In this document: positions 40,201-54,282 of the stretch, piece after piece | Layout of the letters: each line of letters opens with the position of its first letter | Position numbering within the stretch: position 1 is the first letter of the stretch | Assembly (NCBI RefSeq): GCF_009914755.1 | Contig: NC_060925.1 | DNA: 64,000 nucleotides | Direction: 5' to 3' (one strand) | Origin: the human T2T-CHM13v2.0 reference genome, Homo sapiens | Notes under the pieces: generated by a model | The model's database searches: none | What the model saw: the letters and a program-made list of their open reading frames with translations, nothing else | Told to the model about the DNA's origin: nothing | Position numbers and translations under genes: made by a program

Positions 40201-41325
40201 AAGAGAAGAAGCTAATTGGGCCATTTCTCTATGACACAGGATTTCACTTTCAAGGCTTTGTGTTGTGTGTGCATGTTGTTGTAATTGTTGTTGTTGCTGC
40301 TGCTGTGTGTACCCTCGACACCAAGCACTGAAGGAGAAACAAGGAATCGCTGGAAAATGTCTCTACCTAAAGAAGATAACTAAGGTAGGAAGATAAGATA
40401 CCTGTGCATAAAAGTCAAGAAAACACAAGGCAGCGTGAGCTCAGTGTCAGTGGGGGGCCCTGGATTCGGCTGTGGGAGCCACACTGTGCCTGCCATGACG
40501 TCAACGCCGAAAGCAGTTGCTGTGTGCCAGGCGCTGTTCTCGAGCATTAAGGAAACTAACTCGATTTCATGCCAGCTCCATTACAAGGCACCACTCTCAT
40601 CCCATTTTACAGCTGAGACCACTGAAGGCTGCCATCTCAGTCATACTCGTAGGTGTGGCCCAGGTAGTCTGCATGGAGGAAGGGATGGTGCTGGACGTCA
40701 GAGCTCACAGAGGATTTAGACGGAGGAGGACACGATGTCAGCACTGGTCTTTACGAATGTAAGGTGACAACAGCATCATGTAGAAACGTTGAGAAGAGGG
40801 CGGAAACCACAGTATGGACACCACCCACACAGCTGATGCTCTGAGTGGGACGAAGAAGGGTGAGGGCGGAGGTAGAGGACAGAGGATTTCAAAAGAGGCC
40901 GGAGAAGGAGTGCGGAGCAGAGGGAGGGTGAGCAGACACTGGGCTGGGCCTGCGCTCCCACTCCCTCCCACAGGACAGCTGCGGAGGCTCAGAAGAAAGG
41001 GAGAGCTGTCTGGAGAGATGGGGAGAAGGAGGTGACAGCAGGAGTGAGGCACAGGCCGGGGCGGCAGGCAGGACGTTCAAACATCAGCAGTGAGGCAGGA
41101 GCCTCCAGCAGAGAGGCCTCTGCAAGGTTTTGCCTTCATATTATAAAACACAGACCTTTAGGGGACATAAAAAGAAATCCTACACCCTCCCACGCTTAAG
41201 CTAATGAGGAAAAGTTCAGTAGATAACTTAGCCCCAGGTACTAAGTGCCAAAAAGCAAAGCTGCAAATACAGCTGCCTGCAGCTGCCTGACAGTGACGGT
41301 GGTGGCCTCATCTGGGCTCAGTTAC

Positions 41326-41431
41326 CTGGAAAGAAGGGATGAAGGATTTGGGGCGGCCCAGCATCTGACAGTACTCGAAGATTTCCGTCCTCTGGATTGC
41401 CTCAGTTGTTGCAAATTTCAAAAACTCTTGA
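41326..41431 (-). CDS. SEC16B: SEC16B exon 15 (106 nt) [35 protein letters not shown]
   Basis: tttag|TCAAGA ... TTCCAG|gtaact. Confidence 0.95.
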
Positions 41432-43184
41432 CTAAAACCAGAGAATAACAATAAAAGAGATTGAGGTGTGGGGGACGCAGGAGTTAAATCCTAGTGGCTC
41501 TCCAAACACCAGCTGCAGCCTTTCATGGGGGAGTTTCCATCCTGGGCTGATGCCTGCGGCGGCTTCAAGAGAAGAAGGAGACTCTGGGCTCCCAGAGTGA
41601 GTGTTTCACCTCCTCTCCCTCTCCCTCCTTGAGGCTGAGGAAGGAACAAAACAGAACTCTGCACCAGAGGCACTGGGAGGCGGAGGCTGCAGAAAAGGGG
41701 GGTCACCTGCCTTCTTGCTGAAGGGTAACTCAAGGCAGGCTACCTCGAAGGACACTGGGCCCTACTCTTAGACACACAGAGAGCTGGCCCCCATGCCCAT
41801 AAAGCCTGTCATGTACCTGTGAAGGGCACCCCTAGTTTGAGCAAACTCGCACAAAAGAGGGGAGCCATGTAACACTCCGGGAGCACTGAGACCAAAAGGC
41901 ATGGCAGAGCAGGTGAGGACTGCTGAGCCAGAAATCAAACACGGGTCCATACATTGGATGTTCATTCCACCAGTGAGGATGGGGACTGAGTGAATGTGAT
42001 CTGGTTGGGGCAGGTGGTGGGCACAAGAGTCTCATGTGACCCAAAATTTCTCCCATCAACAACTTGCTATGGTGTTTAAAAACCACAATCACCAGGTTAT
42101 TCCTGGGGGTAGGACTTTATTTCCAAGAATTTCCTCATTCAACATAAACCAACGTAAACATAGGAGGGGAGACATATTAGCCCATACACACTTATTGTAC
42201 ATTTGGCACAGAAGGGATTCTTTGACAAGCTAGCCATGTGCTATCAGAGACCAGGAACCTGGAAGGAACAGGCAATGAGCTGGGTACACTGCCTCAGTGG
42301 TAGGCAGTGTGGTGCAACAGTTAAAAGGGCTTTGCAGGCTGACTGCCTGGATTCCGAGTCCAACTCACCCACACCCTCACTGTACCATCTGAGACAAGTT
42401 ATTTCATCTCCCTGTGCCTTGGTTTTCCTCCTCCATAAGTGACGATTAAAATCTTTGCTTCACTTCACTTCTTCATAGGGTAAATGTGTAATAATTAAAG
42501 GAAATAGTGCAAAGAAAATGCCTGGCACAACGTAAGAGCTTAGTGACTCTTAACACGTATGGGGAGGGGGATAGAGAGATACAGAACAGGGAGGGCCTCT
42601 AGGGAGCAAATCGTTCTGTCCATGCATTCATTCACTGAGAGCTGATTGAGGGCCTCCTGCAGGAAAAGCCTAATGCTATGGCCAACAGAGAATGTCACCA
42701 GTGGGACTCTAAGTAGCTTGTGCACCAAGTCATTGTAGGGATGCTAGGGCCCCAAAGAGGGACTAAACATAAACTTCTTCCATTTTCCAGTTTTGCCTGG
42801 GTAGGCTCTCAGAACAGGCCCAGGGCTGCCTAACACGGACCCACAAGCCTCCACATGTAAAATGTTGTTTTTTTAAAGGAACAAAGTTAGCTTGTGGAGC
42901 CAGGGTGCCACCCAGTGGCCAAAGGGCACAATACCACACAAAGGCATCAGCCCACCTCTTTGCAGAGGAGGACCTGTGGCCTGAGGCCCCCGCCAATGCT
43001 GTAATGTGGGGCCCACGGGGCATCTCCTTGCACAGACCTGCACAGATAACAATCCCAAATAAGGGAGCCGGCGGTAGCTGAAATTCACATGAGAAAATGA
43101 AAACTGGATCCATAAAACCCAACAAGGGCTAAAACAGTCCCTTGGAAAATGTCCTTACTGTTTCCTTTCTCCCAGGTCGCATAC

Positions 43185-43296
43185 CTGTGGCTGCTGCCCA
43201 GCAAGACCAGATGGTCTGTCTTCACGGTGTAGTGGCCAAAGGGCACGTGAGCCATGAGATAGCAGAAGTGAGCTGCCTCCACAAGCCCCTTCCCAG
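43185..43296 (-). CDS. SEC16B: SEC16B exon 14 (112 nt) [38 protein letters not shown]
   Basis: gcag|CTGGGA ... CCACAG|gtatgc. Confidence 0.95.
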
Positions 43297-44453
43297 CTGC
43301 GGGAGGAAGAGAACAAGACCCAATCACGGAGCACACCCGTATGGGGAGCCATCATCTGGGTGGGATGGGAGACAGATGGAAGAGTGGCCTCGGGGGTCAG
43401 AGGGGAGAAGCCACATGGGACTAAATGAATGAGCCTTTCATAGCGTGAGTCACAGACCCCTAAACCCCACTCCTCCTCCCACAGCCCATTTGGCCTCAGA
43501 CGTTACATTTCTCTTCAGCCAGAATAAGGCACAATTTCACGTTCTCCCTAAAGGACTTTTTACGAGGAATTCCCTAAACGTTTTAGTCTTTCCTCAGGGT
43601 GAAAAATGAGTTTGAAATGCCTGCACCTGAGCAAAGAAGGAGACTACTGAGAGTGGTCGTTCTTAAACTAGGCTTCCTGAGGCAGCATTGCTTTCCCTGC
43701 TGAAGTCAAACATAAAAATCATATTAATTACCAACATGTTTTGAAATGTTCTCCCATACATTTTCCACTGCCTCAAAATTGAGTTAATTCAGCTAGATAC
43801 AATACCTAGCACAGTGCCTGGCCCCCAAGAAGGGCTCAACAAACATTAGTTCCCTTCCACTCAGGGTGCTGCATGGCCTCCATCTGACTTGGCACAACCT
43901 AACCCATAGCTATTAAAGTTTAACAGAGCAATATTTTAAAAAGCCTCATGGGAGCACCATGATTTCTGGATGCTCTGCTTCTTGGCTAAATTTGAGAACC
44001 ACTGATCTGGAACACTCAATAGCCCCCTAAGCGTTTATAAGGCCACATTCACAGAGAGATGATAGCAAGAAAGACTACAGGGTTAACCCAGAGTGGTTCA
44101 GGCAAAAACAGAATTTCCTATCTGATTGAACTGGGTCACTGAGAAATTTACAGCAACAGGAGGCAAGGTGTCCTATGCGTTAACTCCATCCACAGGGGAA
44201 TCTGACCCAGGGCTAGAAAATCAGCTGCTGAGAGGAGACTCCTACAGCAGCAGAACACCAAGTCTCAGGGGCCTGGCCTGCATTCACTCACGGCAGAAAT
44301 TCTGTGAAACAGAAAGGCAAGAAGGACACGTGTTTCCCTGGAGTTTCTTTCCCCAAAACATGGAGGCTCCTGGGTCCAGGAAAAGCCTAGGGCATAGACT
44401 CTGGCCCTACCTAGAACCTGAGAATCTAAGGGCAGGATGTTTAAAGCTGACCT

Positions 44454-44596
44454 GGACGGGGAGGGGAGGTGAGGAGAGGGAGGGGAGGTGAGGAGAGGGA
44501 CGGGGAGGGGAGGTGAGGAAAGGGACAGGGAGGGGAGGTGAGGGGAGGGACAGGGAGGGGAGGGGAGGGAAGGGACAGGGAGGGGAGCGGAGGGGA
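44454..44596 (+). repeat. G-rich minisatellite (about 20-25 nt units GGGGAGGTGAGGAGAGGGACAGGGA)
   Basis: Direct reading, about 6 degenerate units. Confidence 0.85.
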
Positions 44597-44614
44597 AATG
44601 CTGGTGTCGCTTAC

Positions 44615-44732
44615 CCAGGGTGTCCCCAATGGCAACAATCGCACGCTGATACAGCTCTGGGTCCCCAGCCTGATTCGACAGAATCACAGCCAAGTGAGGC
44701 CTCCAGTCTCCCCACTGCTTTTCTCCACAACA
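44615..44732 (-). CDS. SEC16B: SEC16B exon 13 (118 nt) [39 protein letters not shown]
   Basis: ttcag|TGTTGT ... CCTGG|gtaagc. Confidence 0.95.
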
Positions 44733-45333
44733 CTGAAAAGCACCAGAAAAAATAAATGTACAATCATTTAAGAATGGCCAGATGTACATAAAGAAGGCTG
44801 TTGTCTATTTCCTGGTTCAGAAGTGGTCAGAGAATGCCCACTCTACCACCTGCAATGCTGCCATTCATTGATTTAGAGCTCTCATCTTTAAAAAAGTAAA
44901 ACTGTCAGAAGGACACAGATAGACAGATACGTGTACATGCATACATACATACATACATTCACAGGGATATTGGAAAATGGATAAATAAAATGACATTGCT
45001 CACTTACTATTTTTCACATTTCTCCCCAGTGCCTGACCCCCAGATAGCTAGAGACAAAACTCAGAAAAACCCTGAGGCTTCAGTGGGAGAAGGAAGATCA
45101 AACATCCTTGGCTTATGAGTAGAAGAGGCCACAGCCTGTCACAGAAGTCGGGGGAACACGGGCCTGCTTAATGTCTTACCAAATGCCTATGTTTTCTGGC
45201 TCTACAAAGCCCATTCACACACATCCTCTTAATCTTCACAGGAACCCTATGAAGTCTAGTTCCTACTGCCACTTTAAGAATAAGAAAATCAAGCCAAGTG
45301 GCCCAGCTAGGACGATGCAGAGGCAGCAGAATT

Positions 45334-45346
45334 CCACCAGGGGGCA
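45334..45346 (+). promoter_or_regulatory. Candidate CTCF motif CCACCAGGGGGCA
   Basis: Match to core consensus CCASYAGRKGGCR. Confidence 0.5.
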
Positions 45347-46163
45347 AAAAAGAGTAAGCAGCGTGGTGGAAATGTACAAAGCCCCGCATCAATGGTGTTT
45401 TCCCCACAATCTCTCCCTAAGGCTGTCCTACTAAATAAAGGAGAATTTCAAGGCAGAAAATATCAATAAAGAAACAATATAATGTCATGGAAACAACACA
45501 GGCCCCAACTCGAGTCCTGCATCTTACTAGCTTACCTACCTTGAGCAAGTTTCTTAATGTCTCTGAACCTTTGTTTTCTCATCCCTAAAATGGAGATCGT
45601 AATTTCTACCTAACAGGTTATTGTTGATAATAAAATAAGATAGTTGTGTAAAGCACATCGCATGGTGCTTCACATTTGGTTTGCACTTAATCAATTACAT
45701 GTAGGTATAAATACACACACACACACACACACAGTTGGAAGCTCAGCAGAGGAAAGAGGTGATTTGCATAGCCGCCTACCTTCCAATTTGTTATATAGAT
45801 AGGTAGGGCAGGAGATTGCCAATAATAACTAAGATTTGGAGTTAAAACCATTCATAATTACTTGGTCTTTGTAATTATCCCAGGGAATAAAAGATGCTTT
45901 ATTCAACTCCATTTTATACCCAGTCCTTGTTGATCTGGTCAATGCAGTGAGAAGAGGATGATAACAATAATGGTGATGATAAATCATAATAATAGCAGTT
46001 CTCATGTGTCACATCGAACCATGAACTATATCCTGTGCTAAGCATTTCTCCTACCAATAATCACATGTGCTAAGTCCTATTATGACCTGCATTTTAACAT
46101 GTAAGCCAAACTGCTTCTTGCTGGATCTACAGAAACCAGCAAAAGAGAAGGAAATCCCTTGCT

Positions 46164-46165
<2 letters not shown>

Positions 46166-46206
<41 letters not shown>

Positions 46207-46323
46207 GAAAAACTTAGAGGTCATTATTCTGTCTCCTCGCTGGTGATTTGAAAAGATCACTATAAATCAGATCAATGGAGAGGCGGAGGGGACACAGTAG
46301 AGAGAGAGAGAGAGAGAGAGAGA
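46166..46323 (+). repeat. (CA)n (46166-46204) and (GA)n (46300-46323) microsatellites
   Basis: Direct reading. Confidence 0.9.
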
Positions 46324-47629
46324 AAGCACCAACATTTATTAATTAACGAAAATGGGCCAAGCATGATGGTTGATATGTTCAGATGTTCTCTCTCCCTTAA
46401 TTTTCACAATAACTCTACTGGGCACCAAAATCCCCATAAAGATTAAAAACTGAGGCTCTGTGAGATTAAGACACAAAGCCAAGTTCCCCTGGCAGAAAGA
46501 TGTACATAGAGTCCAGGTTAAACTTGTGTGAAACCCACGTCTGTGTTGTCCTGTTGCCATGCTTTTCCACCACCCCATTCATCACATGGAACTGAAGTCC
46601 AGCCTTTTAGTAGATGCTAAAGTGCTGGGAAACTCCCTAAGATCAAATACTGCATTGGCACATCACCTCTGGCTCCTCCGTTTTCTCATCTAAAAATAGG
46701 GGAAATTAAGCTAACTCTACTATTACAAAAAAAAAAAAAAATGAACCATAGCTAATTGTATCATTTCCTGCATTTAGTACTTTGTGACATAATGCAATTC
46801 CATTCTGGAGCACAGGCCATTCCACTGAATTGTGAGGCACACTCTGTGCTACAAAATAGCCGGTTGATTTGATGATGGGGCATGAAAATCATTTCTCTTT
46901 TCTTGGAATTAGCCACAAGCCATAAGAAGGATAAAAAAAAAAATGAAAAGTGTGAGGTCGATTTTTATTTAAACTAGTGTTCACCAAAAACCCAAGCCTC
47001 AAGATACGAGAAAAGGCTCCATTACCAAAAGTAATGGAGATTGGACAGACGTGCCTCCATGTCCCGGGAAGCCAAGAGGACACGAGGGAGAGGACCCCAC
47101 AGCTCTCCCCACTGGCTGGAGAGCAGCAAAGGCAACTCAGGCTCACATGGAAAACTGGGTCCTGCAGAAAATGTCGGATGGCCTGGAATATGGCCTGGCC
47201 CATCCTCTGCACAAACCTAATATAAATAACTGGAAATAAAAATCCAGGGAAGAGTCAACTCCTTTAAAGTTATGTAATATGAGAAAACAAGCACAGAATG
47301 TATACAAATACACCCTAAGACAGAAAGAGGAAGGTAACATGAAAAATAGAGAGGAGAGAGAACATTCACTACAAAAATGTTACCACAAAACAAATGAAAA
47401 ATTATCACCAAACATTTTGTCATGAATTTAAGTAAAATAATGAAGCAATTGCATCTATGAAGCAAGAGCATAATCTGAGTTACTAGAGCTCAGGAAATAG
47501 ATGGTAGATAACAGGAAATGAATGTAATGTTCAGAGCTCAGGAAAAAAGTAGGGGGAAATTGAAGAAATAAAGACAGAAACAAAAGAGCACAAAAGTAAG
47601 AGACACCAGTGAAAACACAGTAAAGGACA

Positions 47630-47850
47630 GAGGAAGGAAAAAAGAAAGGAGGGAAGGAAGGAAGGAGGAAGGAAGGAAAGAAGGAAGGAAGGAAGAAAAG
47701 GAGGATGTAAAGGAGGGAGGGAGGGAAGGAGGGAAGGAAAGAAGGAAGGAAGGGAGGGAGGGAGGGGAGGGGAGGGAGGACAGGGAGGGAGGATGTAAAG
47801 GAGGGAGGGAGGGAGGAAGGAAGGAAGGAAAGGAGGGCAAGAGAGGAAAA
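47630..47850 (+). repeat. Purine-rich (GGAA/GGGA)n low-complexity tract
   Basis: Direct reading; internal duplicated ggaggatgtaaaggagggaggga. Confidence 0.88.
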
Positions 47851-47859
47851 AAGAGAATA

Positions 47860-48240
47860 AAAAATTATTAAAGAGAAAATTATAGATATAATTCATACGT
47901 GTATATATATGAAATATGTGTACATGGAATTCCTGAAAAGGAAACCAAAATAATGGGAACAAAACAAATATTGAAGGATATAATCCAAGAAAATATCCCT
48001 GAACTCTAACATATGAATGTACATATTAAAAGGGCATGCTATATATACCCCAAGGAAAAAAATCGATCCAGACAGTCAACACCAGAGCATAATCTAGTAA
48101 AGTGACTGGACGTCAAAGGTAAGGAAGGAATACTTTGGGGCCAAAAGATCAAGTCTCCTATAATGGGAAAACTATCAAGCTAGCCTCAGACTCTCAGCCA
48201 CATCAACTCTAGAAGATTGAAATCGAGTATGTCCAGCTTT
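47860..48240 (+). mobile_element. Ancient L1/HAL1 ORF1-like remnant
   Basis: aatccaagaaaatatccctgaa; caacaccagagcataatctagtaaa; ctcagactctca motifs. Confidence 0.5.
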
Positions 48241-48693
48241 GAAGTGCCAGTGTGCAGTGGTGGGAAACATTCCTCCAGAGAAAAGAAGGGCAGCCCTGCC
48301 AGGGGAAGCCTGCAGAACAGGCACAGGTCCTCTTGCCATTCACAGCAGAGCAGGCAGCTTTGACATTTTGGGAAGGCCAAGGTCTTCAGAGTCAGACAAA
48401 CCTGGACAGATCCTGACCCCACTACTCACTATCTCTGATCTTGGGTCATCTTACACCTTTGGAGCTCAGTTTCCACATCTGCAAAGCAGAAAGAATGTTT
48501 CCTACCTCTATGCATTAAACCAAATAATATGCATCAAAGCACTTAGCACAGGGCCTGGCACATGGTGATTAACAAACCATTAATATTATCATCACTTTTG
48601 CTCCTGAAAGCCATCAGTGCACTCCTGAGCAGTCCCCGCCCCCTCAAGCCCTTGGGATGCCTGGGTGATAAAGGAATCCTGTCATAGGGGTAC

Positions 48694-48775
48694 CGTGGCT
48701 GCCTGTGGAATCCTCCCCGACATGAGCTGGAAGAGGGTCTGCAGTGGGTCATTGAGCGCCAGCGTGCTGGTGAAG
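48694..48775 (-). CDS. SEC16B: SEC16B exon 12 (82 nt) [27 protein letters not shown]
   Basis: gcag|CTTCAC ... GCCACG|gtaccc. Confidence 0.94.
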
Positions 48776-49783
48776 CTGCGGAGAGAAGGATAGTCAGCGA
48801 GGACCAAGCCCAGGGAACCTCTTTACCCATTGCCCACAAGGCTCAGGGCCTTGCATAATTCTATTAGATTTTGGCAGCTTCCTTAGGAACATGAGCATCG
48901 CTTTGCTTTCTGCTGTGCCTCTGTCACAGCCTCCTCTGGGGAGAGATGGCAGGATCCTCATTCTACCGCACACCCCAGCTAGATCTCATAGTTGAGGGTA
49001 TTTTCTGCACCTTGGTCTTGATGGCCTAACTCTGGAATAACCATTTCTGTGGGCCTTCTTCCATCACTGAGATGACCCACTGACATCTCAAAGGTCCCCT
49101 GGAGAGCCACAGCAGTTTATCTGGAAGCTCTTCTCCATCGGCACCCCCCTTCTCAGCCATCCCGATCTCCCACTCCCTGCAGCCCTCCTCCACGCCAAGC
49201 CCACAGCACTCAGTGCCGTTTTTCTGGCTCATCAAGAGCCTGGGTCTGTAGTGCTTTTGCTCACAAGCGCTAAATAGCCATTTTCAGTAACCAAAGAGGC
49301 GTGGAACAGGGGCCAGAAATGATCCTGCTGATGACAAACCATGGGATATGCTTAACAAGGATATAATAAGCTCTACGGCTGATTTGAGATTTAAGCTTAC
49401 TCAGTGAGAGGTATTTTTCACAATTCACTGGGCTCCATCAAAAATCAATGGCCCAAGGCAAAAATCTGTAGCAGAGATGTATGCTACAATGTGGGGCTGT
49501 GGGACGTTCATTTTCAAAGCCCAAAGGAAAATCATCCTCAGAACACCGTCCTTTATTTAACAGCACCCTTGCCACAGGAGCTCCGAGCACGTATCACAAT
49601 ACAATTTCTGTGTTCCTCACCATTCCAGTCTCAGAGGATAATAAAGTGCACCGTGGTGTCACCAGTCTCCAGGAAGACTGAGGGGTGGAGTCGTCATGAG
49701 ACTCAACTAGGCCATCATCCAGAATGGGCCCACCAGTGGTGCAGCCATTAGGCCCCCGGACTGAACTTAACATGGAAGTGTCA

Positions 49784-50142
<359 letters not shown>

Positions 50143-51057
50143 TAGTTCAGCTGAGAGGATAGCTTCACAGCTTTAACCAGCACTAGAAGCTAAACACTTT
50201 GAGGTAGCATCTTTCTTGCTGTCTGACCCAAGTCTGCCCCTTAAAGGAGGGTCCCTCACCACCCCCACCACATTTGTCCCTGCCAACCTGTGGATGCTAG
50301 GCGGAGCCTGAAGGACTTATTCAGAAACCCTTCTCCATCCAGCACCCCTATACCCGCCACCTCCATTTGATCCTGGCTCTCTTTCACTCTGTTTCATCTC
50401 CTTATTCCAAACTCCTGGCTATGGATCCTTGCTTCCATCCCTAGCTCATTCTGGTTTGGGCATTTTTCCTGGTCCACGCTGGCACCCAGATCACAGTGTG
50501 CTGGCGTCATTTCTGACTAAGCATATCCCTTCAGTCTCAACACCTCCCACTGCCGCCAATGCAGACTTCTGGATCTCACTGCCAGTGCTAAAACTCCTTT
50601 TCCTACCACAGCTCACGACCCTGCTACCCCACACCCCCACCCTACTCTCAGTATCCAGAACCTCATCACAAGAATAAGCAGTAGACAACTGCTTACGTCA
50701 AAGACCCACAGTCCCAAGGCTCTAAGGAAGTGATCGCTACCCCTCATTACCAGAACTAGCTGGAACAGCCCCTCCCAAAGAAAGAAGGCTACTGCAATGT
50801 AAAAACCTACTTAATTTTTGGAAAGTCTCACTCTGGGCAATTGTACTAAAATTTTTTATCCAATTTAGCAGGTAGAAAGAATGTATCTGTGTCTAAAACA
50901 GAGAAATGCTATGTCCAGCTCAGAAAAGAGAACATGGAAAGATCCCTGGAGTGTGAGTCTCCTTAGCGCGTCTGACATTTCTCCACACCCTCATCCTCCA
51001 CCTTTGGTGAGGAGGCCTCTCTGCCCCACTGGCCTCTTTTGTTAAGTCCTGACTCAC

Positions 51058-51155
51058 CCACTCATGACCCAGCTGTAGGTCTGGGGGTCCATCTTGCTGG
51101 ACAGGAACAAAGCATGGCCCCACAAGTGGTTCTTCATGGCCCACTCCAAGGCTTC
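51058..51155 (-). CDS. SEC16B: SEC16B exon 11 (98 nt) [33 protein letters not shown]
   Basis: ttcag|GAAGCC ... AGTGG|gtgagt. Confidence 0.95.
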
Positions 51156-51992
51156 CTGAAAACCAAAACATCACATTCAAGAGTGCCTTTCCCACCTTCC
51201 ACTCACAAGTTCCTGTGCTTAGGTGCTGCTGCATCCTGAGCAGCAGAGGCTAGGCTTCCAGAAAACTCTTAGAGCCTCATATAAGAATGTGAACAGCCAG
51301 GAAGCAGACTGTAGCTAGCACAGTATTTTTCTCTAGGATGTCACCTTCACCAGCCTTCACTTTATCAAAATCCACTGTGCTATTCCATCATCTTCCCATC
51401 AGACATGGTTGCCAGTTAGCCTCATCTCTTTAGCAAAAGTTTCGTAGCACTTGAACATCATGACTACAGTAAATACCAATGTATAGTACACTTGAAAATC
51501 ACTAAGAGAGGAGATTTTAAGTGTTCTCATTAGAAAAAACATGATAAATATGTGAGGTAACACATATGTTAACTAGCTCCATTTAGCCATTCCACAGTGT
51601 GTGTGTATATATACATATATATCATGTCGTATACCACAAATATATACAATTTTTGTCAATTAAAAAAATAAAAGCGTCATATACAAAAACAAGAAATTAA
51701 ATATTTAAATGTAAAAATGAATCACAAAAGTACTTCAACTTCATTTTTATAAATTAATTTTGAAGTAGAAAAAGCCTTTCTAAATATGAACCCCAGAAAC
51801 TTACAATTTTGCACAGAAAGCCCTAAAAACAAAAAGAGCTCCAACAAATCAATAAGTGAGGATCAAAGCCTCAATAGAAAAATGCAGAAAATCAATGACA
51901 AAAAAATTCACAGATTAAAAAATATTCAACTTCATTGAATGCATTTTGAATTGAATTGAATTGAATGTATTCATTTCAATAAGAGAAATGCA

Positions 51993-52131
51993 GGCCCAGT
52001 GCGGTGGCTCACACCTGTAATCCCTACACTTTGGGAGGTGGAGGGAGAGGATCACTTGAGCCCAGGAGTTTGAGACCAGCCCTGGCAACATAGCAAGACC
52101 CCATATCTACAAAAAAAATTTAAATTAGCTG
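51993..52131 (+). mobile_element. Alu left monomer (FLAM/AluJ-like)
   Basis: ggcccagtgcggtggctcac...tctacaaaaaaaatttaaattagctg. Confidence 0.85.
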
Positions 52132-52135
52132 ATAA

Positions 52136-52419
<284 letters not shown>

Positions 52420-52799
52420 ATTTTTTCACTTCTCAGATTGGCACCTATCAAAGAGTTTGAAACACACTGTGGTGAGAATGTATGAAAACAGGCACTCTTT
52501 TGCATTGCTGGTAGAGTGAATTGGCACAATCTCTAAAAGGCCATTTGTCAATATCTATCAAAATCATAAACTATATCCTTTGACCCAACACTTCTGCCTC
52601 TGGAAATTTATCTTACATATATTCTCTCACAGTGGGCAAAATGACAGTGATTATTCATTGCAACATTGTAATTGCAAAAGATTGGAAGTACTCTTAATGT
52701 CAAGCTATAGGGGGTTTAGTTAAATTAATTATAATTTATCAGTAGAAAACTATGCCAACATAAGAAATAATGAGAAAGGCATTTATATAGGCTATAGAG

Positions 52800-53146
52800 C
52801 AGAGGTCAGCAAAATATGGCCTAAAGGCCAAATCCAGCACACTGCCTATTTTGGTACTGGCCATAGCCTCAGAATAGTTATTACCTTTTTAAGTGATTGG
52901 AAAAAAATTTTTTTTAATTTCATTATGCATTATAATTATATGGTAACTCAAATTTCTATATCCAAAATGAAGTTTACTGAAACACGGCCACCTCCATTCA
53001 TTTACATATTTTCTGTGGCTGCTTTCACACTATAAGGGAAGACCTGAGTAGTTGTAATAGAGACCCCATGGCTTGCAAAATGTAAAATGTTTACATTTTA
53101 CATTTTTTACATCTGTCCAATTATAGAAAAAGTTCGGCAACTCTAA
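52800..53146. mobile_element. MER58B-like hAT element
   Basis: cagaggtcagcaaaatatggcc...aaagttcggcaactct. Confidence 0.7.
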
Positions 53147-53466
53147 TATAGAGTGTTTTCTGAGGTAATTTGTAAAATCAAAAAGGGAAGGTACAGAAAT
53201 GGTATACAGCATGCTATTTTTTAGAAAAGAGAAAATAACAATATATGCATAAAATTTCTCTGGATATTTCTGAGAGGAAAACTGGGTGACTAGGGGGTGG
53301 GAGCATCATTTCCCAAGTATATCTTTTTTATATTTTAATTTTTGAATTAAATTGATTCAAATTGATTTTAATTATCTATCCAAATACTTAAATTTTTATG
53401 AATTTTGTAAAGCATAATCTCAACTTCAAAATTAAGCTAGAAATCAATCTTCATCTGTTTAAAGTA

Positions 53467-53803
53467 CAGACAGTCCCTGCTTTATGAGTTTTTGACTTTA
53501 CAATGCTGTGAAATCAATACACATTCGGTAGAAACTGTAATTCAAGTGCCCATACAACCATTCTGTTTTTCACTTTCAGTAGCATATTCAATAAATTATA
53601 TGAGATATTTAGCACCTTATTATAAAACAGACTCTGGCTTAGATGATTTTGTGGGTTATGGTAAACATTCTGAGCACATTTGAGGTAGGCTAGGCTAAGT
53701 TATGATGTCGGGTTAGGTGTATCAAATGCATTTTTAACTTATGATATTTTCTATTTAATGATGGGTTTATTGGGATGTAAACATTGTAAGTCATGGAGCA
53801 TCT
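53467..53803 (-). mobile_element. MER47A-like Tigger element
   Basis: gtaggctaggctaag; gggtttattgggatgtaa; gtaagtcatggagcatct terminus. Confidence 0.75.
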
Positions 53804-54282
53804 ATATTCAATATTGATAGGAAGCCTTAGATATAGCAGCAGGAGTATTTGTAAACAAACTTCCTGGAAATTAATTTGGTGTATATATAAAGAACCTTTT
53901 AAAAGTGCATGCCCTTTATATACCCAATAATTCCACTTCTAGGAATCTGCCCTAAAAAATTTAAAAGATCAGGCAAAGACTTATGTAACAAGATGTGTAA
54001 ATGGTATAATTTATAGTGGTTGACAAAATTATAAATAGTCTAAATATTCAATAATAGTAGAATAGATAAATAAAATATGATACATTAATATGATGGAATA
54101 TTGTATAACTATTTTTTAAATGGCGCTATTGGGGTATATATAATGCCATGAGGGTATTTTACCATATCATCTTAAGTTTAAAAAGAGAAATAAACAACTG
54201 TATATGCAATTTTATTTTCTTTTTAATATATATGCATGGGAAAATGCTGGAAGTAAATGTATCAAAATGTTAACAGGTATTA

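Noticed and set aside
47531-47962. Pro/Ser/Phe-rich ORFs; GGAA tract as an EWS-FLI1 element
   Set aside because: Low-complexity artefact; uninterrupted GGAA runs are short
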